Assembly: GCF_016433145.1 (NCBI RefSeq)
Contig: NC_058131.1
Span: forward strand, 484,576,068 to 484,640,067
Reading direction: 5' to 3'
Length of the DNA: 64,000 bases
Origin: Gracilinanus agilis
Taxonomy: Eukaryota
A program made the position numbers and the translations under genes. A model generated the notes under the pieces. It saw only the letters and a list, made by a program, of their open reading frames with translations, was not told the origin of the DNA and did not search any database. Shown in pieces: positions 1 to 24,881 of this stretch (the stretch's first letter is position 1; every line of letters starts with the position of its first letter).

Positions 1-52
1 TAGACCATGGCCAGAAAGAACGAGAGGAGGCTGGGGGAAGGTTGAGCCAGGC

Positions 53-82
53 ACTTCCGGAAGTCGTGGTCTCCATAGAGAC
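53..82. promoter_or_regulatory. SAMD15 proximal promoter motifs: palindromic double ETS/GABP site and X-box-like palindrome
   Basis: ACTTCCGGAAGT at 53-64 is a perfect palindrome. GTCTCCATAGAGAC at 69-82 lies about 60 nt upstream of the ATG in a CpG-containing stretch. Confidence 0.5.
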
Positions 83-139
83 GCTCCTGGAGTCTCAGGC
101 TGCTGTGGACGCTGTGAGCGCCCTCTTCCCGGCGCGACA

Positions 140-12887
<12,748 letters not shown>

Positions 12888-14447
12888 AGGAAGTGGGGGA
12901 TTTTCTCCCAGCGATGACTCAAGAGTCAGAATTATTGGATCTTTTCCTAGCTTAAAGACTTACTCATTTCACCTGCTGTGTTGCATTTTATTTCTTCTTT
13001 ACAATGAAGATGAGAATATGGATTTAATTGCATCAGGGGAATTGTGATGGTTTTTAATGTATAATTCAAATAATGCTGTCTGGTTGTATGAACAAAATGG
13101 GTTGTAGAAGTAACAAGTGGTTTGAAATGTTACTCATTATAGATTGGAGCTTTGAGTTTACCTACAACATTATCCTTTGTAGTGTTGCTCAAGCATTTCT
13201 TAAATGACATCTAGGCTAAAGTTCACCCAAGCATGATTGCTTCACAAAACAAATTTTAAGCCAACTATTACTGCTAAAATTGAATTATGACACCAATATG
13301 GCTTTAAAATTTTATTGTTCTTTCTCTTCTATTTTACTTTTAAAATCTTAGAAACTCTTCTAGGGCTATACTAAGCCAGAAAGGTCTGTGACATCTACTC
13401 AAATTCCCACCATTTGGCTTAATATTCATTTTCAAGGAAATTTATTTCCTCCAACTTAGAAGAAACTGTTTCTCAGATTGGCATTCACGCCAGACATTAC
13501 ATTTGGACGAAAAGCTAATTTCCTCGCATACTAAGCTAACAAAATTTAGTCTAAAAGTGCTCTAACATCATGTTGCTGAGCTTAACTGGTTCACAATTAA
13601 GCAAAAGCCAAAATGCAAATGATTAGCCTAAAACCATTGACATTTACATTTACATTGAATAATTTTGTCTCAGAGTCTGAATTCTCAGACTATACATCTT
13701 GTCTGCCAACCTTGTCACCATTACTATTACTACTGTTGTTAGCATTATTGGGGGGAAAAGGATTGGTAAAACATTTAGGAACTACAATTATTCACATTTA
13801 TTACATCTATTTAAAAATAAAAATTTTATATTTTGCAAAATGATTTTTCTTTATTTAAAATAAATATAAGCTACTTTTAAAAAGAATAGTTCATTAAAAC
13901 AACTTTTGACAAGACAAGACAAAAAATAAAATCTTATCTAGTTAAAATAAGAAGCATGAAGAGAATCAGAACTTGGTCAACTGGTGTGCCCCGTGTCTTT
14001 ATTTATCCCAGTGTTGTTACCTTTATTGACTTATGGAACTCTAAAACTAGACTTTTCAACAAGAGTAAGTATCAAGGGACTGATTGTATTCTTAGGTGAG
14101 TCAGAATACTTAGGTTACATTGGCAAGCTCCAACAGCTAAATTTACCTCAGATTAAGGAACTATATGGTTTGGGGTTTACAATCATGAGAGCCAGCGGTG
14201 CCATTTTTCCTTTTCCTTAGTGACCAATTTGTGGCAAACACAATCCTATGATGTATTCCACCTTCTTGGCTTGGTATTCATCATAAAATTCATCAAAACC
14301 TTTGTATTTCTATAAATCTATCCAACAAGTTATTGCTAAATAAATCAGCCACTACTGCCAGCTGTGAAAGTCAAGGTCCATCCTATTTAAGGGGGCTGAC
14401 CTGGGGAGTGGCAGCCAATCAGCAATGCTGATTAGTCTAAGGATTCC

Positions 14448-17400
14448 TCAAGCATCTGAAAAATCTGACATTTGGGGCTGTGAGGCTGAAGCTTCCTCTT
14501 TCTCATTTTCTTTTTTCTCTTCTTCATTCCCTTTTGTTTTTTTGGGAACTAAGATACCAAATGAGGCACAGTAAAGAACAATTAAATGTTCCTGGAGATT
14601 CTTACTTTTTCTTAGATGCTGGCTAAAGGGCGTTTCCTTGAGTTGCACAGTGATCAAGTCAAACCAAGGGAAAACACTGAAAAAAAAAGAAGTATTATGA
14701 TTAGGGATTGTATTTTTGCTACCAGTTTTTAATGCTTTTCAGTACTTCATTTAACTATTAGAGTTTTCCTGTGGAAGAAAGTTTTCCTTCATTTGGAAAT
14801 GAGATTATCAGCTAGTTAAAATTCAGAGCTGTACTAGAAATCCTGCTGGAACAGTTCGATGTATTGATTTCATTTTATTCAAAGTGCTTTATGCATTTAT
14901 CTAGAACCTTCTAATGCCTTATAATGATTATGTATAACATACTTTTTGGGGTTTTTCTTGTAATCAAGGGAGAAAAACGCATCAGTAAACTATAGACATC
15001 GAAAACAGAGAAGACCTAATTACATCTTTTTAAGTATTTAGAGTAAACAGCAAATAGTCTAAATTGTCAGCTAAGGCAAAAGTCCAAGAGAAAACTAGGT
15101 AGACCAGAAATGCCAGGCATCTGACATCTTTCTTACTTGCTTGGACTTAGGGTCTTGGCAAAAGCTTGGTTGACAAAATCTGTAACAATGAACTTTGGGC
15201 AAACAGTCTTCTTTCCACAGGTTGGCAGATGCACAGAGAGACAAAAGTTATTGAGTGCCTTTAGAACATCTTCATAGGGCATTTCCTTTATTGTGCAGGT
15301 ATTTAGGGCTGCATAGAAAACTGCCTCCAGCCACTTAATGTTGAGAGTTATTCCTCCTATGTATCAATGAAGAGGATAAATACAAGTTACCAATTTGGAA
15401 AGCAATAGGAAGGGAAGTTAGGCCAGATCCCCTGGCGGTGCCCAGCAATGTGAAGATATTTTTAAAACCCTAACCTTCTGACTTAGAATCAAGACTGTCT
15501 ATTGGTTCCAAGGCAGAAGAGCTGTATGGGCTAGGCAATTGGGATTAAGTGACTTGCCCAGGGTTACACAACTAGGAAATATGTGATTTGAACTTAGGAC
15601 CTCCCCAGCTGTAGGCCTGGCCCTCTATCCACTGAGCCCACCTAGCTGCCTCCAAAGCGAAGATTAACCATTCTTCACTTCCCTGGGTCAAGGGCCCCAA
15701 ATCTCTGACATTTATGATACATTTTAAGCCTAGATGTCTAATGATTCTTTAGTTTATAAGGAAAAAAATCTGAAGATTGTCTTGTTTTGAAAAAAAAAAA
15801 GTGAAAGCTATGAAATGACATCTCTTTAAATTCTCATGGCAGAAAAAAAAAAGAGAAAAAACCCCAGTTTATCCACAGATAATTATCTCCTTCCCAGAGT
15901 AGCAGTACAAAAATGTTCCTGCTCCACCTGGATCAGGTCATTCTTAAAAGGTTAAGGTAGGGGCAGCTGGGTAGCTCAGTGGAGTGAGAGTCAGGCCTAG
16001 AGACAGGAGGTCCTAGGTTCAAACCCGGCCTCAGACACTTCCCAGCTGTGTGACCCTGGGCAAGTCACTTGACCCCCATTGCCCACCCTTACCAATCATC
16101 CACCTATGAGACAATACACCAAAGTACAAGGGTTTAAAAAAAAAAAAAGGTTAAGGTAGTCAAGCTCCCCACTCTTTCCATAGAGAAAGTTGCTTTTGTG
16201 ACAAATGAACTACTGTCTCTAACTCTGGGGATACGAAAGCATGATGGTTCTGTTTCCTTTTCCCGGTAATGGAAGAACAGGTGGAGAGACAGAGACATTT
16301 GCAGGTGTGCAGAAAGCTTGGTGAGCCTTTACCATCAGTGCTGTAGGGAGAAGTAGCCTGAATTATCTCCTGATCTTGAAGCGCGGTTTTGATGTCCTCA
16401 TTGGCCCCCCATATGTCAGTATAATTTTCAGCACACTGATACTGGGGGCGCAAGATGGTGGTATGGCATAGAAGCTGCTTCAGCCTAGAGGAGAGGAGCA
16501 TGGAAGAATAATAGCAATAATCATAAGAGCTAGCATTGAGGTTTGCAAAGTGCTTTATAAAGATCTCATTTCATCTTTGAAACATCCCTGAGACTGGGAC
16601 TGAAACTTTTATTTGTTACTAGTACTGTTAGTAAATAGATCCTAGTACCCAGTCTCTCTTTTACAGATTAAGAAACTGATGCTGAGGGGATGAAGCAACT
16701 TGTCCAGGGTCACACAGCTCACCAGAGGCTGGATTTGAACTCAGGTCTTGTTGCCTCCTCCAAGTATCACCTAGCTGCCCTCATCTCAGAACTAGAAATA
16801 AGTGAAAATGACCTAACTCAGTAGTCTAATTTGGGGATCCACATAGCCCTGGGAATAAATTCTATTGCAAAATATCACACAAAAGTAAGTAGTCAGTCTA
16901 GCGGGGCACACTGCAGAATGGCTGAAAAGAAAGATTAGGAAAACATGACTTACTCCTGCAAAGCAGAGCAGTTTCCACCTTAAATGGAATCGTCAGACAC
17001 CAAAAGAGATTGGACCAGATGGGAGGAGGAGACAGAGGGAGCTGATAGATGAAAACTCCATCTGACTCAAAGTTTCTTAACCTTTCCTGTACCGTGGACC
17101 CCTTTGCAGAAGAGTGATTTGAAATGCACAGCATAAAATACATGGGATTACAAAGGAAATCAATTATATGGAAATATCAGTACCAGACCATCTTAAAAAG
17201 CAAGGCAAGAACTACTGATCTAGACTCTAAAGCTGTTACCTAAGCAGAGGGACAGCAGTGACCAGGCTATACACAATGCAGGATTTCTCAAGTCTAGTGC
17301 TGATTTCCAAGCAAATGTTAGGCAGCTGGGATGGCAGACAGCAGAGGAAGACCACGTTGGCCCAGTCCACCAGAAAACAGTTATGGTAAAAGCATCGGAT

Positions 17401-20400
17401 CCCCATCCTCTGGAGGTCAACTGAGAGGGACAAAGAGAAAAGAGAACTGAAATCCTTTGGGTTAGGTCCCTTAGCAGAGATGGCAGAGGGGTGTGTACCT
17501 AAATTTTATGGTGAGAAAAGATGTATAATTATCTCAAAGTCAGCCCACATAAGTCATTTCCTTTGACACTCGTCTTAAAAAAACAACAACATTGCAGTAA
17601 TGCACTAATTCCATTATTAGAACATCTACCTCCACAATAACAGTTTTCTAGGTGATGGAATCAATCCTCCTCATCCTACTTTTATGAAGGACTTAGAACT
17701 TCTCTGAATTTTTCCTGGGGAATAGGAATTTCTTAGGGGCTCTCTTCTGTAAAAGGATCTTTTCAGGGGGAAATGAGTAGGAAGGATTGAGGAAGTGGTA
17801 GAAGATGAGGAATAGAGGTTCAGGGGAGGTGAGAAAGAATGTTTCCCCAAAATATGTAGAGTCAAATATAGATAAAACTTATTACAAAGGGAGAAATGTC
17901 TTCATTGATACCACCGAATGCTAAGACCACTAGGTGGAATCCATAATGTCCTCATTCTACTGGCTATCTGGATGATCTGAAAGTGGAAATTTTACAGGGA
18001 AGACTCATATCTGATGTTTGAATAATGTAGTTTTGAAAATAGTGAAAAACTGAAGATGCTATTGACATTGATGATAGAAGTTTTTATGGAGGGAAATTTC
18101 ATAAGGAAAAGGAAAAGCAAACATTGGACCTATGATTTCAGTGGATCAGGGAGCTCCCCATTGTGGGCACTCTTTCTGCTAATGAAGGTCAGCTCCTCCT
18201 CTGCCACTGAAGAATCTTAAGAGAGTTGCCCAAGGCCTTGAGAAGTTACATGACTTACCAGGGTCAACATAGCCAATGAGAGATAAGCAAGACTTGAATC
18301 AAATTCGTCTTAGCTTTTCAACCCAGCTCTTTAACCCCTTTGTCACAGAGCCTCTAAAAGGAAGAAAGCAAAATAGAAACTCTAAAACAATCTTGTCCCC
18401 AAGATTTATGCAAATACCTATGAGAACAGATACATATATATGCCAATGTGGATAACATTTTCTAAAATGGTAGAAGTCGATGGCAAATATTTTTAGCATT
18501 TAATTCCTCAAACTAAATACTTTCCTATCTAAACACCATCATCATTTACATTAAAAATACATTTTTAGAAAATGTTTATATATATATATAACTATATATA
18601 TTTAACTATATATGTACATATATAGTTGAAATGGCCCTACACATTCTTTATGTGGCTTTCTAAATGTAGGATTAGGAAGTCTGGCTGGAATAGAAAAACC
18701 CCAGTTTCAAGTTCCAATCTTTTGCCACTGACTTAGAAGATAAGAGCATGAAAACAATGGCTTAATTGCTTATTTTATAAACGTCTTTGCCAGGAAGTGT
18801 TGTCCCCTTGTATCAAACATACATTGGCATTATGTAGAAAAAGGAATTAGTAATGAAAATGGAACAGGAAGAGTTTCAGTCAAGGAGTGCCTTGGAGAAA
18901 CAAATTAGAAAGTAGTTTTCTAACTTGGGGATGGGGAGTCAAAAGGTCTTTGCTGTTACAGGGTCCTTTAGTCCTTCAAACTTCTCCTTACTCAGGGTCT
19001 CTGGCCTCCGAGTAGAGATATGGAGGCTTGGTGGGGTGATGGAGGCCTTGTGGAGTAACACTAGAGCCAGTTGCCGTCCCAGTCGTCCACCTCCAATGAT
19101 GCCCACTTTCAGATCTTTTTTGGTGGGTTTTCTATAAGGGTCTTCCTCCTCCTCCTCTGAAGGGACCATGGAGACTGAGGTGCTCCCACCCATTTTTCTG
19201 AGGGAATAAACAAACACACAAGTACCTTTTAGCTGTCTTGGAAATTCAATTCCTGGAGCACATTGATCTAGCTTCCTTCTAAAGAAAGAACTTCAAAGAA
19301 ACTGCATTATAATGACCCTTCATTTTTCTAGCACCATCAGGAAATGAGCTGAGAATTTTCCAAATAACAAAAGTGAATCCATTTAGCCATTCTGGTTGGG
19401 AATTTTTCTAAAATGAATCCTGCATCTCTACCTTCATAAGCACAGCTTGATTATCATGACTGTATCCTAGGGCAATGAGGTGCCTGAATTTTTTAGTTCC
19501 TTGTCTGTCAGGCTACATGACTGGTCCAACCTCTACCAATCCACTTCCATCACACAAACCTGCTTCTACTTCGCTGTTTCTTATTTTCTAGCAGGTGGAA
19601 ACTTTCCCTTAGGCCCCACTCCAAAGGCACAGATCTGACCCTAAGTTATGCCAGTAAAGCCCAAGCTTTGGCATGCTCTATGCAAAGTTGGAAAGACTTT
19701 GAGTAATAAGCTCAGGTAATATCCTTCTGGAAAGGTGCCAGTATGTGTGGGTGAAGAAATAAGGCAGAACCCACACTAATGAAATTAGTTTTAGAAGTTT
19801 TATTGGACTTAAAAAGGGCCAAGCAACTATGTAACCTTGATAGAACTGTGAGATAATAAAGAATGTAAAGCCTCTGACAACATGGAAATATGTATTGCAT
19901 AAAATCACTGATATAACCTATGTCAGGCTATTTACTTCCTCGGGGATGAAGGATGGGAAGGGGGAGAGGGAGAAAATTGGAATTCTGAAATGTCAAAAAA
20001 ACAATGGTCAAGGGGGCAGCTGGATGGCTCAGTGGATTGAGAGCCAGATCTAGAGATGGGAGGTTCTGGGTTCAAGTATGGCCTCAGATACTTCCTAGAT
20101 GTGTGACCCTGGGCAAGTCATTAAACCCCCATTGCCTAGTCCTTACCACTCTTCTAACTTGGAACCAATACACAGTACTGATTCTAAGACATAAGGTAAG
20201 GGTTTATTTTTAAAATGGTCAAAAATTGTTTCTATGTGTAACTGAAAAAAATTTTTTAAGTAAAAAAAAAATAAAAAGACTGAGTGAAGATCTTAGAATC
20301 TCTCCTACAGAACTCAAGTGCCTAATTTTAATACTCAGGAATTGTTATAGCAATTTATTGTATTCATAAGGTTTTTTTCAATTAAATCTAGTTTGAGATT

Positions 20401-22153
20401 CTGTTAGCAAGGATTGAAATTGCAGTCTAAACCAGGGGTCGGCAACCTTTTTGGCTGTGAGAGCCATAAACGCCACATTTTTTAAAATGTAATTTTGTGA
20501 GAGCCGTACAGTGCTCACAGTGCTTGCTCTTGTAACAGCGCCTGAAAAAAAACTGACTGCAGAAAAAAGAGCCAGATATGGCTTGAGATCCTAGTTTAAA
20601 CCCTAGATACTGGAGTACTACTGTATCTTATTATGATAAAAAAAAACAAACATGTCAACTCTATGGTTCAGCAGTGCTAGAACCACTGGGCTGCCATAGT
20701 TGCATCAAGTATAGGATTTACTTTCGGCTCTTTTCCAGAGTAAGAAGTGACCAGGGTGTCTATGCCACCTCTACTTCTAAAAGAGCTCCAACTGGGTTTA
20801 CTAAATGATTTCTTATTACTCAGCCTGAACCTAACTAGTGAATTCCAAAGTCATATCAACCAGTTATCATCATGGTGCCTCTCTGTTATGCCCACTGCCT
20901 TCGTGCATGGCATTTAAGCCAGATGCTTTAGGGCAGAGGTGCTTACACACTGACCTGTGGCCCATTTGGCCTGTTAACACTCCTGAGGTGGTTTGAACTA
21001 GATTAACATGTAGTTTCTATCTGATTTTAATGTATTGATGGATTAATAAAAACAGAAATATATAAATGTATAGTTTTCTAAGCCAGTGGCTCATTTCTAT
21101 TTTAGTTTAATGCCACTGCTTTAGGGCAGAGAGAAACATCTAAATATGGTCCATATCATCAAGATGGTAACGTTTAATTTCATAGAGGGCAAAATTGAGC
21201 CCCAAGGGGAAATGACCTTGAGTTACAAAATCTAAGCATGATTTGAAAGCCAATATTAGACACCCGACTCCCCTACGTCTTTTCTCTGAGCAACCTGGAA
21301 TCCCAGGCATGCATAGGTAGGAAACACTAGGTACCAGGGGATCTTTTCCCCTTAGAATAAAGAAAACCATCTAAATCAGTCTATACGTCACCATCCTTAG
21401 GAAAACACTGAACCAATTGGCTATTTAATTCAAGCTCTCCAAATCCTAAGGACTTTCTTGTAGAGAAAGGCTCCCGCACTACTTTTATTTTATTTTAAAA
21501 ATTTATTCATTTTTAAAATTGTATTTAAGAAAATTTTTCCATGGTTCCATGATTCATGTTCTTTCTCTCCCCTCCTCTGACCCCCCTCCCGTAGCCAATG
21601 AGCAATTCCCCTGGGTTTTACATGTGTCATTGATCAGGATCTATTTCCATATTACTGTATTCAGCACTACTTTTAGATAAGAGGATGACCCTAATCCTTA
21701 CCCAATGTGATCAAATAAGGTTCATTCCAATGGGAATGAGGGAGACCCAGTGGTACACTGGTTCTAACAGATCTAACTGACTAACAACTGTGTAGAAACT
21801 GCCACGAGTTTGGCATGTCAGGTGAATGGCTTTGGGTATGGAGTAGCCTAGTTCACGGTGGCTGGGCGGCGGGACAAACTGCCTCTGCTCCATCCGGCCT
21901 GAATTAGATCAGGCCTCAGGCCTCGTTGGCTGCTGGCAGGACTCAGATTTTTCCCCATCTGCTGTTTCTTGGAAGCCTAACTTACCTACCTCAGAACTCG
22001 GAGTAGTCTGCAGAAGAAAACCGCATGGGCACAGGCTTGGATCATCAGCCCTCGAGAGCGGCTCTGAAGAAACAGCCAAGGGGTTTCGTCCTTCTGAATC
22101 CCGTGCTCAAATTGCAGGGACATCAGATTCTCCATCAGGTCTATATGCTCCAT
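14448..22153 (-). CDS. NOXRED1: NADP-dependent oxidoreductase domain-containing protein 1 (383 aa)
   Basis: Exons 22153-21990, 19197-18992, 17420-17240, 16484-16333, 15356-15137 and 14676-14448 total 1152 nt; all introns are GT-AG with consistent phases. Motifs [22 protein letters not shown], Rossmann [23 protein letters not shown] and [20 protein letters not shown] match remembered human NOXRED1. An in-frame TAG lies 15 nt upstream of the ATG. Confidence 0.93.
15461..15653 (-). mobile_element. SINE1_Mdo-like SINE
   Basis: Antisense full-length copy. Confidence 0.8.
15961..16148 (+). mobile_element. Young SINE1_Mdo-like SINE
   Basis: CpGs retained, poly-A tail and a perfect 15-bp TSD AAAAGGTTAAGGTAG. 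Confidence 0.9.
20012..20211 (+). mobile_element. SINE1_Mdo-like SINE
   Basis: Full-length copy with TSD AATGGTCA. Confidence 0.85.
20433..20590 (+). mobile_element. 3'-truncated hAT-family MITE
   Basis: Starts CAGGGGTCGGCAACC, preceded by GTCTAAAC (hAT-type target), with internal GAGAGCC repeats. The right TIR is absent. Confidence 0.7.
20934..21118. mobile_element. hAT-type non-autonomous element, 185 bp
   Basis: CAG...CTG termini and a perfect 8-bp TSD CTTTAGGG at 20926-20933 and 21119-21126. Confidence 0.7.
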
Positions 22154-22785
22154 ATCTACCAGGCCCTACCAAAACAGGGAATCCTTTTGTCTCTTCTGCC
22201 TACTTTTGAAAGGTTTAGGAGCCCCTAACAATGGAGCCTATCTGTGTCTCCTCAGCATCTGTGAATCAGGGCTCTGGCCCTTCTGTCCTGCTTCTCAGGA
22301 TTTGGTGGTCTAACCCAGTTCTCTTAGAGAACAGAGGTCCCGGCCCATTTCTAGTGACTGACTGAGCTCCCATAACCAGGGCAGTCACTTCTTTTCTGTC
22401 CTGGAGAAGTCGAAGAGAAATACATGATAACCCTATGGTTCCCCCAGGCAGACTTGGATTTCTTGCTGGCCCTACTGGGATTATCTCAAACCTCTCCTTT
22501 TCCCCCCCGATTCCTCCATCTTGAGTGTTTAGGAAATAGCCTGACAATCAGACCACATTTCCAAAAAACTCTCCCCGACCATTAACTTTCACAGTTTTTA
22601 GAACACTTAAAAGAACCCCAATGAATACCAGAGGGCCCTGGTACAGTATGGATCCGTGTAGCTGCGGAGGAGCAGGACATACACGGAGCCTTTCAGATGT
22701 CACTTAGCATAGTGAGATGGAGATTTTGTCAGCTCTACAGCTTTTCCTGGCCTGGATGACAAAATCCAAATAGAGCTTTAAGAGA

Positions 22786-22812
22786 GTTACCCAGGAAAGT
22801 TGTCATGGCAAC
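22786..22812. promoter_or_regulatory. Tandem RFX X-boxes upstream of NOXRED1
   Basis: GTTGTCATGGCAAC (22799-22812) is near consensus and overlaps GTTACCCAGGAAAG (22786-22799) by one base. They lie about 650 nt upstream of the ATG. Confidence 0.6.
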
Positions 22813-24404
22813 TCTTTAGCTACTAGATTACCTTGGTCTCAGCCTTAAAGGGGCCAACTCTTCTTGGAGCAATCGTTGCATTTTTGCCTGCCAGTACTAT
22901 GGATTTATTTACAGCTACGTATACTCAAATCACCCTAATATTGCTCTCTATTCACAACCATTTCTTCCCAAGTTCCCAAAAAATGAATCAAAAGTTCCAG
23001 ATCTTTGTAAGCCTTAATAGTTAAAGCTTTACATTCTAAGAATGGAGAAAAAACCCAAAAACAAAAACTGAGACACAGAAGAGTCATTGACTCAAAGCCT
23101 TATTAAGGCAGTGGCCAGACTGAGGGCAACTCCAAAGGGATTCAAATTTTTAATCTATAAATTTTAGGGGAGTCCAGCAGACCATCCTGCCAATGTCTCC
23201 AAAAACAAGTCTCAGCAGATGGTAGCCAGAATAGGGGCTTCATGAGTAAAAGTCCTTTGGTAGTTGGGTCTTGGGGTACAAAAGACTGAATCATCCCTAA
23301 AACCTCTAGTTCATTGATCTTCGCGTACTGTCCAGCTATCAATATGCCCAATGCAACCCACACGTCTACCGAGAACAACTAAGCAAAACTGGGCTCCTGC
23401 CTTTCCAGCTACTTAAGAGGCAAGGCTGGGGGCTTCCTGGGAGAGGGAAATCTGAAAGGGTAAACGCCAGGTGGAAGGACTACAGCAATGCAATTCAACC
23501 ATGAAGGACATGCCCGCATGCGATTCAATAACTATTGATTTGGCAGCATGACAGAGCAGATAAACTGGTTCAGTTAGAACCTCCTGGGTCCACCATCTTC
23601 TGACATAAATGGATTGTGTGACTCTGGGTAAGAGACTGTTTCTCAGCACCCCCAACATGTTTTTTTGTTTTAAACCTTTACCTTTCTTAAAATGGATACC
23701 AAGAATCCTTTTGGTAAGGGTCAAGTGACTTGGTCAGAGTCCTAGAGTGAAAAAGTGTGAGGCCAGCCCAGGACCTCCCCTGTCTAGACCTGACACCAAA
23801 CTGCGCCGCCTCCACTATTCTTAAGACTTAGAAGCTGTACAAAGGCTGCCCATCCTTTATTGGTAGAGGGAGTTTTCTTACATGAAGTATACCAAGAGGT
23901 CACAGGTCTGAACTGAAACACCACAAGCACCCACAATGTGTGCGGCAGTCTGCTATGCATCCATGCCGAGTAAACCAGAGCATATCATCTCCCTCCTTCC
24001 TGCCACCTCACATACTGTGTGCTCACACAAGCACAATTTCTAGGTGGAAGAGGGACTTTAGAAAGGATCCAGTCCAACCCCTTAATTTTACAGATTTAAA
24101 AAAAATCAACTGAGGCCCAAATTCATAAACTGATGTGCATGTTGTTAGAATCTTTTTTAGGAGGACCTAAGAGGTCAATGAGCTCAGCCTGTGTCCAGAA
24201 ATGAATTCTTCATAATGAGTCACCTAGTAAGTAGGGAAAATGAAATATTATTAAAAAAAAAATGAGTCCTCTAGTTCCCCCCTTGAATGCCACTATTTAG
24301 TGGCAAAAGCAACTAGAATCCTCCAACTTGAGGCCAAGGTACTCTTCACAAAGGCAGTTTGTTTCTCTGCACTGTGCTATCTAGAATGACTTTTGGGGAA
24401 AGTA

Positions 24405-24750
24405 GAAGGGTTATTTTTAGTCGTGTCTGACTATTTGTGACTGTTTGGGGGCTTTCTTGGCAAAGCTGATGGAGGGATTGCCATTTCCTTCTCCAGATCA
24501 TTCTCACAGATAAGGAAATTGAGGCAAATAGGGTTAAGTGACTTGCCCAGGGTCACCCAGCTAGTAAGTTGTGTGAGGCTCGATTTGAACTCTGGAATCT
24601 TGTTGTTTGTCCTTCATTTTTGAGGAAGACCAGTGGCATTACAGGATGATGTCTTGACTTGCTGTGGATTGGATTTCAGTGAGGCAGAGATGAGTCTTCT
24701 TGACTCCAGGCCCAGCACTCTATCCAGAGCGCCATCTGGCTGCCTGTTAG
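24405..24750 (-). mobile_element. MAR1-like CORE-SINE
   Basis: Antisense CORE with an RTE-like tail (TTTCTTGGCAAAG...TGCCATTTCCTTCTCCAG). Confidence 0.65.
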
Positions 24751-24875
24751 GGGAAGTGGGCACCCAGAAACACTAAGCCTGACTTGGGGCCACCTCAAGA
24801 AAAGGCTTGTGAGGTTCATTCTGAACAGAACAGAAGGAAAGAAAAGAGAGGCATCTAGGGAGGCACAGAAACAGC

Positions 24876-24881
24876 TTTATT
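24876..24881 (-). terminator. Probable VIPAS39 polyadenylation signal
   Basis: TTTATT on + (AATAAA on -) about 0.9 kb past the stop codon, followed on the - strand by GT/T-rich sequence. Confidence 0.5.

Noticed and set aside
14415-14435. CCAATCAGCA-A-TGCTGATT palindrome with nearby TATTTAA after the NOXRED1 stop
   Set aside because: An 8-bp arm is within chance for 64 kb, and the CCAAT-TATA spacing of about 25 nt is atypical.
16954-16978. Possible 25-nt cryptic exon in NOXRED1 intron 3 (AG|GTGG...GGA|GTAAGT)
   Set aside because: Poor pyrimidine tract, TAAG acceptor and frame-breaking length; no supporting evidence.
23142-23378. 78-aa minus-strand ORF with a hydrophobic start between NOXRED1 and VIPAS39
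   Set aside because: No ATG start, no clear splice boundaries and no recognised homology.
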